From: an uncultured Acidobacteriota bacterium | GTDB lineage: Bacteria > Acidobacteriota > Blastocatellia > RBC074 | DNA: 64,000 bases | Direction: 5' to 3' | NCBI GenBank assembly: GCA_963796275.1 | Contig: CAWCKY010000004.1 | Span: 704,001 to 768,000, forward strand | Shown: piece after piece, positions 55,973-64,000 of the stretch | Layout of the letters: each line of letters begins with the position of its first letter | How positions within the stretch are numbered: the stretch's first letter is position 1 | Position numbers and translations under genes: made by a program | The notes under the pieces: model-generated | What the model was told of the DNA's origin: nothing | Databases searched by the model: none | The model's input: only the letters and a program-made list of their open reading frames with translations

Positions 55973-57658
55973 ATGTCAATGATTCACCTCGCACGCATCA
56001 TTCTTCCCGGCATCATCAATTCACTATTTTTCGCCGTCATCCTTGCCCAGAACCCGTCTGTGCGCACGGCCTCGATCAGCGGGCGAGTGACGGTCGATGG
56101 AAAGCCGGCGCCCAACGGCCTGGTGACCGTGGTCGAGGTCGATCCCAAAATAGAAGGCGCTCGCATCATTCAATCGAACGGCCGCGAAGCCGTCGATCGG
56201 CTCGGATATAAAGCCACGACCAATGGGGATGGCAGCTACCTTCTCACCGGCTTACCGGCAGGACAATTTAGAATTTCGGCTTTATCGCTTGCATACGTAC
56301 CGGATGATAAAGCTCAGGATGAAGCAGGCACAAAACAGATAACGTTGGACGATGGCGAAGCACGCGAGGATGTGGACTTCGCGTTGATACGAGGCGGGGT
56401 GGTTACGGGCCGCGTCACTGATGATGAGAACAGGCCTCAGATCGGGAGGACTGTCAGGTTGACCCTTCTGCTCGACGATGGTCAGAAAAGAGAGGTTTCC
56501 CGGAGAAGAGGACAATCGTTTGAAACCGATGACCGCGGCGTTTTTAGAATCTACGGCCTGCGAGCAGGACGATATATCGCCAACGCGGAAGCCGAGAACT
56601 ACAGATTGGATGGTAAGAAGTTTGAACTCACCTATCATCCGAACACGGCCAATGAAGAGCAAGCACGAGTCTTCGAGGTTAAAACTGGGAGCGAGATTGC
56701 GGGCATCGATATCAGGTTGGTGAATCTCCCGAAGACCTATGAGATCCTGGGCCGAGTGACTGAAGCTGAGAACGGAAAGCCAGTCCCGCAAATCAGGGTC
56801 TATTGCAGAGCGGTGACGAAGCCAGAGGATATATATGGCAACGGTGTGTCGGACGGGCTAACCGACCTTCAGGGCAACTTTCATATGGCCGGTTTGAAAC
56901 CGGGTAAATATAGAGTCGTCTTGAACTCTAGGAATTCTGATCATCCTTTCTATGGCGAGGGTAAATATTTCGAGATAAATAGCGAGAACGCCAGTGGAAT
57001 CGATTTTATAGTCAACCGGGGCGGCACAGTCAGCGGAGTGGTCGCATTTGAAGGCGGCAAAGACAGATCAATCGAAGCCAAACTCTATCAAACCCAGGTT
57101 TGGATGATCGTCACGCGCGATCTCGGTAAAGGGCCTAAGACGGAAGCAACAAATTTCTCACAGCTTTCTCCGGACGGGAGCTTTCACTTCATCGGATTAC
57201 CACCGGGAAAACTGCGTTTAGGTTTTTTGAACAGCAATGGCCCATTCTTCGTGCTTCGCGTTGAACGCGACGGTATCGTACAAACCGATGATATCAATGT
57301 CGGGCCCGGAGAGAACATCTCTGGAGTAAAGCTCATCACCGCGCACGGCGACGGAGTTATTCGCGGTGAGGTGAAAGTCACGGGTGGAACGCTACCTGAG
57401 AACTGCGATCTCTCTGTTATGGCCAGGCTGATCGGTCAAAGTTTCGGCCAGCCAGTGAGGGCCGACGGGAAGGGCAGATTTCTGATCGAGGGGCTACTAC
57501 CCGGCGAATATAGCTGGGAAATAAGTTACTCGCTTAAACCCGGAATGAGGACGACGCAGTCGGTTGTCGATCAAAATGTTTATGTCAGAAGCGGAGCCGA
57601 TACCACTGCCACCATTACACTGAACCTGAACGGTAAGATCAATAGAGCCGATAAATGA
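55973..57658 (+). CDS. Secreted carboxypeptidase-regulatory-like repeat protein
   Basis: Signal peptide; repeated ISGRV / GGVVTGRVTD / TDDRG.FRIYGL.AGRY units. Confidence 0.85.
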   Translation: MSMIHLARIILPGIINSLFFAVILAQNPSVRTASISGRVTVDGKPAPNGLVTVVEVDPKIEGARIIQSNGREAVDRLGYKATTNGDGSYLLTGLPAGQFRISALSLAYVPDDKAQDEAGTKQITLDDGEAREDVDFALIRGGVVTGRVTDDENRPQIGRTVRLTLLLDDGQKREVSRRRGQSFETDDRGVFRIYGLRAGRYIANAEAENYRLDGKKFELTYHPNTANEEQARVFEVKTGSEIAGIDIRLVNLPKTYEILGRVTEAENGKPVPQIRVYCRAVTKPEDIYGNGVSDGLTDLQGNFHMAGLKPGKYRVVLNSRNSDHPFYGEGKYFEINSENASGIDFIVNRGGTVSGVVAFEGGKDRSIEAKLYQTQVWMIVTRDLGKGPKTEATNFSQLSPDGSFHFIGLPPGKLRLGFLNSNGPFFVLRVERDGIVQTDDINVGPGENISGVKLITAHGDGVIRGEVKVTGGTLPENCDLSVMARLIGQSFGQPVRADGKGRFLIEGLLPGEYSWEISYSLKPGMRTTQSVVDQNVYVRSGADTTATITLNLNGKINRADK

Positions 57659-59412
57659 ATCGATCGATATACCTTTTCATCATCCTGCTTATGTTAATCG
57701 CCGGCACGGGAGCCACGAAGCCTGCCAGTGGTCGTAAAGACGAGCTTTTCCGGAATGGGGTGATCACGGGCCGTGTGATCTTGGAGGATGGAAGCCCTGC
57801 TGAAGGTGTGCGAGTCAGTATCATGAGAGTCGGTATAAAACAGACATCCTTGCATCATTCAATGCAAAACTTCAGCACCGACAGCGAGGGCAATTTTAAA
57901 GCGACGGGTCTCGTGCCGGGGGTTTACAATTTGTATGCCTCCCTCGCAGGGTACGTGACAGCTCCCACTCCTGGCGCATCGCCCCTACACCGCATCGGCG
58001 AACACGTGACGATCAACCTGGTTAAGGGTGGGGTGATCACCGGCGTCGTGACCGATGTGCGTGGCGAGCCGAAGATCGGCGAGTACGTCTACGCGTGCAG
58101 GGTACGTGACGCCGAAGGGAGTCCTTTAATTGAGGGACGACGCACGTACTCCGTGGGTGCTAATACAGACGACCGGGGCATTTACCGCATCTACGGCCTC
58201 AATCCCGGCAGTTACATACTCAGAGTCAATGCTGGATTGGGCGCCTCTGCCGGAGGTGCTCAATTACAAAACGGTTCCCCGACCTATCATCCATCGTCGA
58301 CGCGCGGCGGCGCCACCGAAATTACCGTCGATGCCGGTGAGGAGGTCACCGGCATACACATTCAGTTTCGCAGTCAGCCGGGGTACGCGGTTACCGGGAT
58401 ATTTTCAGGTGAAATCGAGACGGATAATCCAGGCAATGGGCCGAGGGTGGCTTTGTTAAATATCAACAGCGGGCAGATCGAATCTGAAAGTTACGCCAGT
58501 AATTCGAATCGCTTTGTATTCTACGGCGTGCCGGATGGTGATTACGAAATATTCGCGCACCGGTATTCTCAATTGCGAGGCAATGCAGGCGCATCGTCGG
58601 TCCGCATCCAGGTCAGTGGCGCAGACGTGACCGGGATCGAACTCAAACTCTTCATGCTCAGTTCGATCAGCGGCCGCGTCTCGATTGAGCATTCATCAAC
58701 TTCCTGTCAGAGCGAAGAGAAGCTCGGGGTCGAAGAGCTATATCTGTCAGCCGAGAGTATCGAACCGAAGAAACAATCTAAAAACCCTTTCTTCGCATGG
58801 GATGATTACCGGTTCAATTCACGCACCGGAGTGTTGAATGAGAAGCGGGAGTTCGCTTTGAACAATCTCGAGCCGGGGCGTTATCGCATCGTGGCCGATC
58901 TACCCCGGGAGAACTGGTACGTTCGCGCCATCAATCAACCGGCGCCGGGAAAAACGAAAAGCCCGATCGACACTTCACGCGCCGGCATTGCGGTAAAGCG
59001 AGGAGAAAATCTCTCAGGGGTAGAGGTCATCGTCGCCGAGGGCGCCGCGAGTTTGAGCGGCCGCATCGTCTTTGCCGACGAACTTCAATCGAAAACCAGC
59101 GAGAGACCGCTATCGCGTTATCGCGTCCATTTAATCCCGGCGGAGAGCACGGCTGCCGAGAATCTCCTGCGATATTTCGAAACGCCCGCAGGTTCGGACG
59201 GAACGTTCGCCTTCAAAAAGCTGGCGCCGGGTAAGTATTGGATATTGGCGAAGCAGTTGCCCGATGGCGAGTCGGTTGAAGGTCAAACGAAGCCGGCGGC
59301 CTGGGATGCGGACGAACGCGCGAAAATGCGACGCGAAGCGGAGAAGAATGTTATTGAACTTCAGCCGTGCCATCGAGTGAATGACTATGTCTTGCGTGCG
59401 AATCTACGATGA
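57655..59412 (+). CDS. Secreted carboxypeptidase-regulatory-like repeat protein (second, coupled)
   Basis: ATGA overlap with the previous gene; ITGRV, TDDRGIYRIYGL.PG.Y and L.PGKYW motifs. Confidence 0.85.
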   Translation: MNRSIYLFIILLMLIAGTGATKPASGRKDELFRNGVITGRVILEDGSPAEGVRVSIMRVGIKQTSLHHSMQNFSTDSEGNFKATGLVPGVYNLYASLAGYVTAPTPGASPLHRIGEHVTINLVKGGVITGVVTDVRGEPKIGEYVYACRVRDAEGSPLIEGRRTYSVGANTDDRGIYRIYGLNPGSYILRVNAGLGASAGGAQLQNGSPTYHPSSTRGGATEITVDAGEEVTGIHIQFRSQPGYAVTGIFSGEIETDNPGNGPRVALLNINSGQIESESYASNSNRFVFYGVPDGDYEIFAHRYSQLRGNAGASSVRIQVSGADVTGIELKLFMLSSISGRVSIEHSSTSCQSEEKLGVEELYLSAESIEPKKQSKNPFFAWDDYRFNSRTGVLNEKREFALNNLEPGRYRIVADLPRENWYVRAINQPAPGKTKSPIDTSRAGIAVKRGENLSGVEVIVAEGAASLSGRIVFADELQSKTSERPLSRYRVHLIPAESTAAENLLRYFETPAGSDGTFAFKKLAPGKYWILAKQLPDGESVEGQTKPAAWDADERAKMRREAEKNVIELQPCHRVNDYVLRANLR

Positions 59413-59543
59413 CCATCTTAAAAACCCCGGATCACGAACTGTTCTCCCTCTGCTTCACCGGCCAACTGCCAGTACTCCAGAGGCAATTGAGTGAAGCGTG
59501 TGCAAAATTAAAGTCCAACAGAATCAATCAATTGTCTCGTATC

Positions 59544-59686
59544 AGCGCCGGAGGCGCGTAATGTCTATAGTTCACGATCCTAACCATAACCCGAGCTCCG
59601 GAGGAGCGATATATGACATGTCGCTCCTCCGGAGCTCGTGAATCTTTGGTAATCGAATACTATAAACATAAAGCGCCTCTGGCGCT
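59544..59686. repeat. REP/REPIN family C (GAGCTCCGGAGGAGCGA...TCGCTCCTCCGGAGCTC)
   Basis: Nested inverted repeats; outer arms agcgccggaggcgc...ctata / ctataaacat...gcgcctctggcgct. Confidence 0.7.
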
Positions 59687-59775
59687 CGAAGATGTTGATT
59701 CCAATGAACTTTTATTTGCACTGTCTTAAATTGAGTAAAAGCCAGCAACAAAGGAAAGACACAACTGAACCTATT

Positions 59776-59940
59776 GTTTGGAGCTCCGCTTAAGCGGTCA
59801 GAACGATACGTGCGGAATGGAAAGACCGCGTAAACGCGGGACTCCAAACACAGGCTCTCTCAGTTCGGAGTTCACGCCTTCAGGCGGTCAGATCATCACG
59901 CGCGGAATAAAGAAGACCGCGTAAACGCGGAACTCCAAAC
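59776..59940. repeat. REP family A, two tandem REPIN units
   Basis: Four palindromic units in alternating orientation. Confidence 0.8.
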
Positions 59941-59951
59941 ACAGGCTGTCA

Positions 59952-61253
59952 TCACCGTTTAATTTGTGCCAGCGCCGTTTTCGGTATTTTCGCTACGATG
60001 CTGACTTGCGTGCCGACCAGATCGGCTACATCGTACCTCACCGCAAACCCCATGATCATCGCCGATTCAGTCGAATTCAGCTTGTAGTCGACTTCGAGCC
60101 AACGAGCCATATCGGTCGTCGCGCGCTCCAATGCCTGATCGAGCGAGCCTCCGATTCCGATCGCCATTATATATTCCGAGTTCTCGGCCCGCGGCGTGCC
60201 GATCGGTTTCTCAGAGATCACATCGACTGTGAATTCGAACTCCATCGAGGTTTCCAGCGCGTCCCCCGTCAGTTCGCCATCACCCTGCGCGGCGTGGCCA
60301 TCGCCCATGAAGAGCAATGCGCCTTCGTAGAATACCGGAAGATAGACTGTCGTACCTTCGCGAATCTGGTTGTAGTCCATATTGCCGCCGAAGACGCCTG
60401 AATCCCCCGTCCTGATCACATTTCCGCCCGGCGGGGCGACTCCCACGCAGCCGAGCATCGGTTGCAGCGGAACTGTGAAGCTCTTAAGTGGATCGGTCGG
60501 TTGTTCGAGATAAGCGATCCCCTTCTCTTTGTCGAGCTTCCAGCGGCTGTTGAAGTTCTGCGCGCGTTTCAGGTTCATCAAGTATCCGGGACCGAGCGCA
60601 TTGCCCACGATCCCCTGCCCGCTCTGCGCCCAGTCACGGTTGGTTCGAACGCGATTCAATTTGACCACCAGAGTGTCGCCCGGCATCGCGCCTTCGATGA
60701 AGAACGGGCCGGTCAACGGATTACCGCCCAATGATCGACGGACGGACTTTTCATCCGTGCCCCCGGCGTCGACGCTCCTGGTTTTCACTGTGTCGCCCGG
60801 AAATATCCGCAGCGCTGGCGCAATGGCATGAGAAAATGTGCGATGGAATTCGGTCGGAGTAAAAGTGTGGGTGCGCGGTCCGCCTTCCGGCCTGACCGCG
60901 GGCCGGCGTGCGCTCCACTGAAGCTTGATTCCGCCCCAGTCGCCATCGCCCTTCAGGGAACTGTCCTGAACTCGCCCCGTGTAGGTGGCCTCCACTCGCC
61001 CGTCGGGTGTCAGCCATTTCAATGTAATGACCGAATCGTCGATTGTGCCCTCGATCTTCGATGGGCCGGCGTTGCCTGTGATCTTGTTGTCTGTGACCTG
61101 CAAGTTCAGGTGGTGAGTGTGGGTTTCATCGTGAAATCGCTCGAACAAAATCCATGCTCCCGAGATGTCATCGCGTTTCGCGGCGGTCGACTGCGCAAGT
61201 GAAGACTGAGACATAAGACCGACCAAAAATAATGTACCCAGAATACGCAACAT
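59952..61253 (-). CDS. Acetamidase/formamidase family protein with signal peptide and N-terminal beta extension
   Basis: NPLTGPF.IEGA.PGD.L, GGNMD and GDGHAAQGDGE motifs. Confidence 0.9.
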   Translation of the reverse strand: MLRILGTLFLVGLMSQSSLAQSTAAKRDDISGAWILFERFHDETHTHHLNLQVTDNKITGNAGPSKIEGTIDDSVITLKWLTPDGRVEATYTGRVQDSSLKGDGDWGGIKLQWSARRPAVRPEGGPRTHTFTPTEFHRTFSHAIAPALRIFPGDTVKTRSVDAGGTDEKSVRRSLGGNPLTGPFFIEGAMPGDTLVVKLNRVRTNRDWAQSGQGIVGNALGPGYLMNLKRAQNFNSRWKLDKEKGIAYLEQPTDPLKSFTVPLQPMLGCVGVAPPGGNVIRTGDSGVFGGNMDYNQIREGTTVYLPVFYEGALLFMGDGHAAQGDGELTGDALETSMEFEFTVDVISEKPIGTPRAENSEYIMAIGIGGSLDQALERATTDMARWLEVDYKLNSTESAMIMGFAVRYDVADLVGTQVSIVAKIPKTALAQIKR

Positions 61254-61273
61254 ATATCCACCTCCTCAAGAAT

Positions 61274-61340
61274 AGTTTTCAGTTTTTAGTTTTAGTTGGG
61301 CGGTCTCGATCGGCAACTAAAAACTAAAAACTGAAAACTG
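61274..61340. repeat. Heptamer hairpin element with GTCTCGAT core
   Basis: agttttcagtttttagttttagttg ... gtctcgat ... caactaaaaactaaaaactgaaaactg. Confidence 0.75.
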
Positions 61341-61347
61341 ATTTAAG

Positions 61348-63834
61348 TCACTCTTCCCGCAGCGCGATCGTCGGGTCGAGCTTCGCCGCACGGAGCGCCG
61401 GCAATCCCGATGCTATTGCTCCTATGATCAAAAAGAGCATTGCCATTGCTGCGAATGTAACCGGGTCGGTCGCTTTGACTCCGACCAGCATGCTGCTCAT
61501 CGCGCGCGTGAAGCCGAATGCCGCGACCATCCCGATTGCGATGCCTATCATACTCAGGTGCAGTCCCTGTCCGACCACCAGTTTGAAGATGCTTTCCGGC
61601 GTCGCGCCGAGCGCCATCCGGACGCCGATCTCCGACGTTCGCTGCCGCACGACGTTCGACAACACGCCATACAGCCCGATGCTAGCCAGTAGCCCCGCGA
61701 TGACCGCAAAAACGCCGATGAGCAGGAGCGAGAAGCGCGTATTCGTCTGCGCCCGTTTCACCAGCGCTTCCATCGGCTGCATTTCGGTGATCAGCAGGCT
61801 CGGTCTGAACTTTGCGACCTCGGCGCGAATCGCCGCGGCGTACTGCGCCGGGTCGCCCTTGGTGCGAACACCCCAGTAGGTGGCCAGGCGTCTCATATTA
61901 AATCCATTGGTAAAATAGACCTGTTCGCGCCCGGGCTCAGCCAGCGTTGTTTGGCGCTGATGGGCGACGACGCCGATCACTTCGACCCATTGCGGCTCCA
62001 CTGAGGCAAAGCGTACCAGAATCCGCTTCCCGACTGCAGATTCGTTGGGAAAGGCCTTAGCCGCGAAAGACTGGTCGATGATCGCTACTTTCCTCTCCGG
62101 CGTATCGTCCGCTTCGGTGAATACGCGTCCAGCAATGAGCGGCGTGCGGAGCGTTTCGAAGTAACCGGGAAGTACGACCTGCCAATCAGCCGCCTGAAAC
62201 TTGCTCGGATCGGAGAGCGCCTCCGCCATACCCCATCGGAGAGGACTGAACCCTCCCGCAAGCGGGAACGGATAGGAGGCCGTCACGTTTTCGACGCCAG
62301 GCAGCGCGCTCAACCGCCCGTGGAGATCGCGCATGAAAGCGGCGCGCTCCTGCGGCTGGCTCAGATTGCCGGCGCCAAGCAATTGAAACGCGAGAACATT
62401 GTCCGGATCATAACCCAGGTCGATTCGCTGCAATGCGATGAAGCTGCGGATCATCAGGCCCGACCCGATAAGTAATATGAACGAAAGCGCCACCTCTGTA
62501 ACGACCACGGTATTGCGCAGCCATCGCCCGCCTCCCAGCCCGCCCGTGCGACCGATGCCGCGCAGGATGTTCATCACATCCGGCTTCGATGCCTGCAATG
62601 CCGGCGGGAGGCCGAAGATGACGGCCGCCGCCAGCCCCGCCAACGCCGTAAATGCGAGCACAACCGGATCGATCGTAATCGAACCGAGGCGCGGCAAGTT
62701 CGCGGGCGCGATGGCGAGCAGTTGACGGATGCCATACCACGCCAGTCCGAGTCCGAGGAGCGTGCCGGCTCCCGCCAGCAGCAAGGCTTCCACCAGCATC
62801 TGGCGGACCAGGCGCCACCAGCTCCCGCCGAGCGCCGCGCGTATCGCGAGCTCGCGTCGGCGCTGGGACGCCCGCACGAGCAATAGATTTGCCACATTCG
62901 CGCATGCGATGAGCAGAAGAAAGACCACCGCGCCGGTCAGGGCGAGGATGGCGGGTCGAACCTCTTCGACCAGATACTGATGCATCGGCTCCAACCGGAT
63001 ATGGAAGCCAGCGCCCTCCAGTATCGTGTCGCCCTTTCTTTTCTCAGCTCCGACCACATCGCTTTCGGCCTGCGCCTGCTCGATTGTCGCACCTTCTTTT
63101 AAACGGCCGATCACTCGATGAATTACCATGTACCGGTTGGCGGTATCGTAAGTGAGGCGTGCGGCATACCAGATGTCCGGCGTGCGTTCCTCATTCAGCC
63201 TTGGCGGAAGTAGCAGCTCGAACTCCGGCGCCAGCACACCCACGATCAGAGGGCCGCTGCTTCCGCCACTAAACATGCGGTTGCCGATAATGGCTGTACG
63301 CCCACCGTAGCGCTGTTGCCAGTATGAGTAACTGAGGATTGCGATGGTCGGCGTCCCTGGCACGACGCCCGCCTGTTGTTCCGGTTCTTGCGGAGGTGGC
63401 GGTTCACCATCCGCTTCCACAAAATCACGGCCAAAGGCTATTCGCGCGCCGAGCAGCCGGAAGAAGTTGGGCGTGACCGATGCAAAACTGATCTGCTCAC
63501 GCGTGCCATCCTCCTTTGTGATGGTGGTGCGGCTAGTATAGACGCCAGCTACGCTCTCAAACGTCGTCTTCGTCGCTTTGCGAAAGTCGATGAAATCGGT
63601 GTTTGAAAACCGCCAGTCTTTAACATTGCGCTTCCTCATTTCCACATCAGCAAATACCAGCCGATCAGGATTTTCATAGGGAAGCGGCCTGAGCAGCACA
63701 ACGTTAGCGACGCTGAAGATGGCCGTGTTCGCGCCGATGCCGAGAGCGAGCGTGATAATGGCGATCAAGGTGAAGGCCGGCGACTTCACCAGCATCCGTA
63801 CGCCGTAGCGCAAGTCTTGCCACAAGGTCTGCAT
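61348..63834 (-). CDS. ADOP-family ABC permease
   Basis: [15 protein letters not shown] start at 63834 after a GAGGAG RBS; standard ADOP motifs. Confidence 0.95.
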   Translation of the reverse strand: MQTLWQDLRYGVRMLVKSPAFTLIAIITLALGIGANTAIFSVANVVLLRPLPYENPDRLVFADVEMRKRNVKDWRFSNTDFIDFRKATKTTFESVAGVYTSRTTITKEDGTREQISFASVTPNFFRLLGARIAFGRDFVEADGEPPPPQEPEQQAGVVPGTPTIAILSYSYWQQRYGGRTAIIGNRMFSGGSSGPLIVGVLAPEFELLLPPRLNEERTPDIWYAARLTYDTANRYMVIHRVIGRLKEGATIEQAQAESDVVGAEKRKGDTILEGAGFHIRLEPMHQYLVEEVRPAILALTGAVVFLLLIACANVANLLLVRASQRRRELAIRAALGGSWWRLVRQMLVEALLLAGAGTLLGLGLAWYGIRQLLAIAPANLPRLGSITIDPVVLAFTALAGLAAAVIFGLPPALQASKPDVMNILRGIGRTGGLGGGRWLRNTVVVTEVALSFILLIGSGLMIRSFIALQRIDLGYDPDNVLAFQLLGAGNLSQPQERAAFMRDLHGRLSALPGVENVTASYPFPLAGGFSPLRWGMAEALSDPSKFQAADWQVVLPGYFETLRTPLIAGRVFTEADDTPERKVAIIDQSFAAKAFPNESAVGKRILVRFASVEPQWVEVIGVVAHQRQTTLAEPGREQVYFTNGFNMRRLATYWGVRTKGDPAQYAAAIRAEVAKFRPSLLITEMQPMEALVKRAQTNTRFSLLLIGVFAVIAGLLASIGLYGVLSNVVRQRTSEIGVRMALGATPESIFKLVVGQGLHLSMIGIAIGMVAAFGFTRAMSSMLVGVKATDPVTFAAMAMLFLIIGAIASGLPALRAAKLDPTIALREE

Positions 63835-64000
63835 ATTTCTCCTCTGGGAGGCGCCTGGGTACGCATCGCTCCAGCGTGCGGCGTTCCAGACGGCGGATTT
63901 ACACGTTTCACAATGAGGCAATGATCACAAGTTGGATAGTCGAGCCGCTCACCTACTCATACCTCAACGCGATTATCGGGTCCACCTTCGTCGCCCGCCA

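Overview
A 64-kb stretch of a GC-rich bacterial chromosome, most likely Acidobacteriota (Blastocatellia-like). That inference rests on four ADOP-type duplicated ABC permeases, repeated carboxypeptidase-regulatory-like proteins, many Tat substrates and dense REP/heptamer repeats. The left ~29 kb is mostly core and metabolic: an envelope-stress-like operon, a secreted truncated globin plus cupredoxin, tonB-exbB-exbD-exbD-TPR-response regulator, der, tgt-yajC-secD-secF, a sugar-catabolic operon ending in a MetE-like gene, a PQQ dehydrogenase and phoX. The right part is accessory: a peptidoglycan-binding polymorphic toxin with immunity gene, ADOP permeases, a modular GH81 beta-1,3-glucanase beside a membrane-anchored wHTH regulator, a decayed group II intron, and an acyl-CoA dehydrogenase / signal-less solute-binding protein / TusA-diiron operon. 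The best candidates for novelty are (1) that operon's unannotated leader ORF, which has an in-frame UGA followed by a SECIS-like hairpin and could be a selenium/sulfur-sensing translational switch; (2) a 37-aa in-frame 'mini-ADOP' made only of the N- and C-terminal ends of an ADOP permease; (3) a ComEA-like helix-hairpin-helix insert in SecF; and (4) the toxin-immunity cassette. Several single-base frameshifts suggest long-read or MAG consensus errors. No rRNA, tRNA or CRISPR array was recognised. All family assignments come from motif recognition by eye, with no database search.
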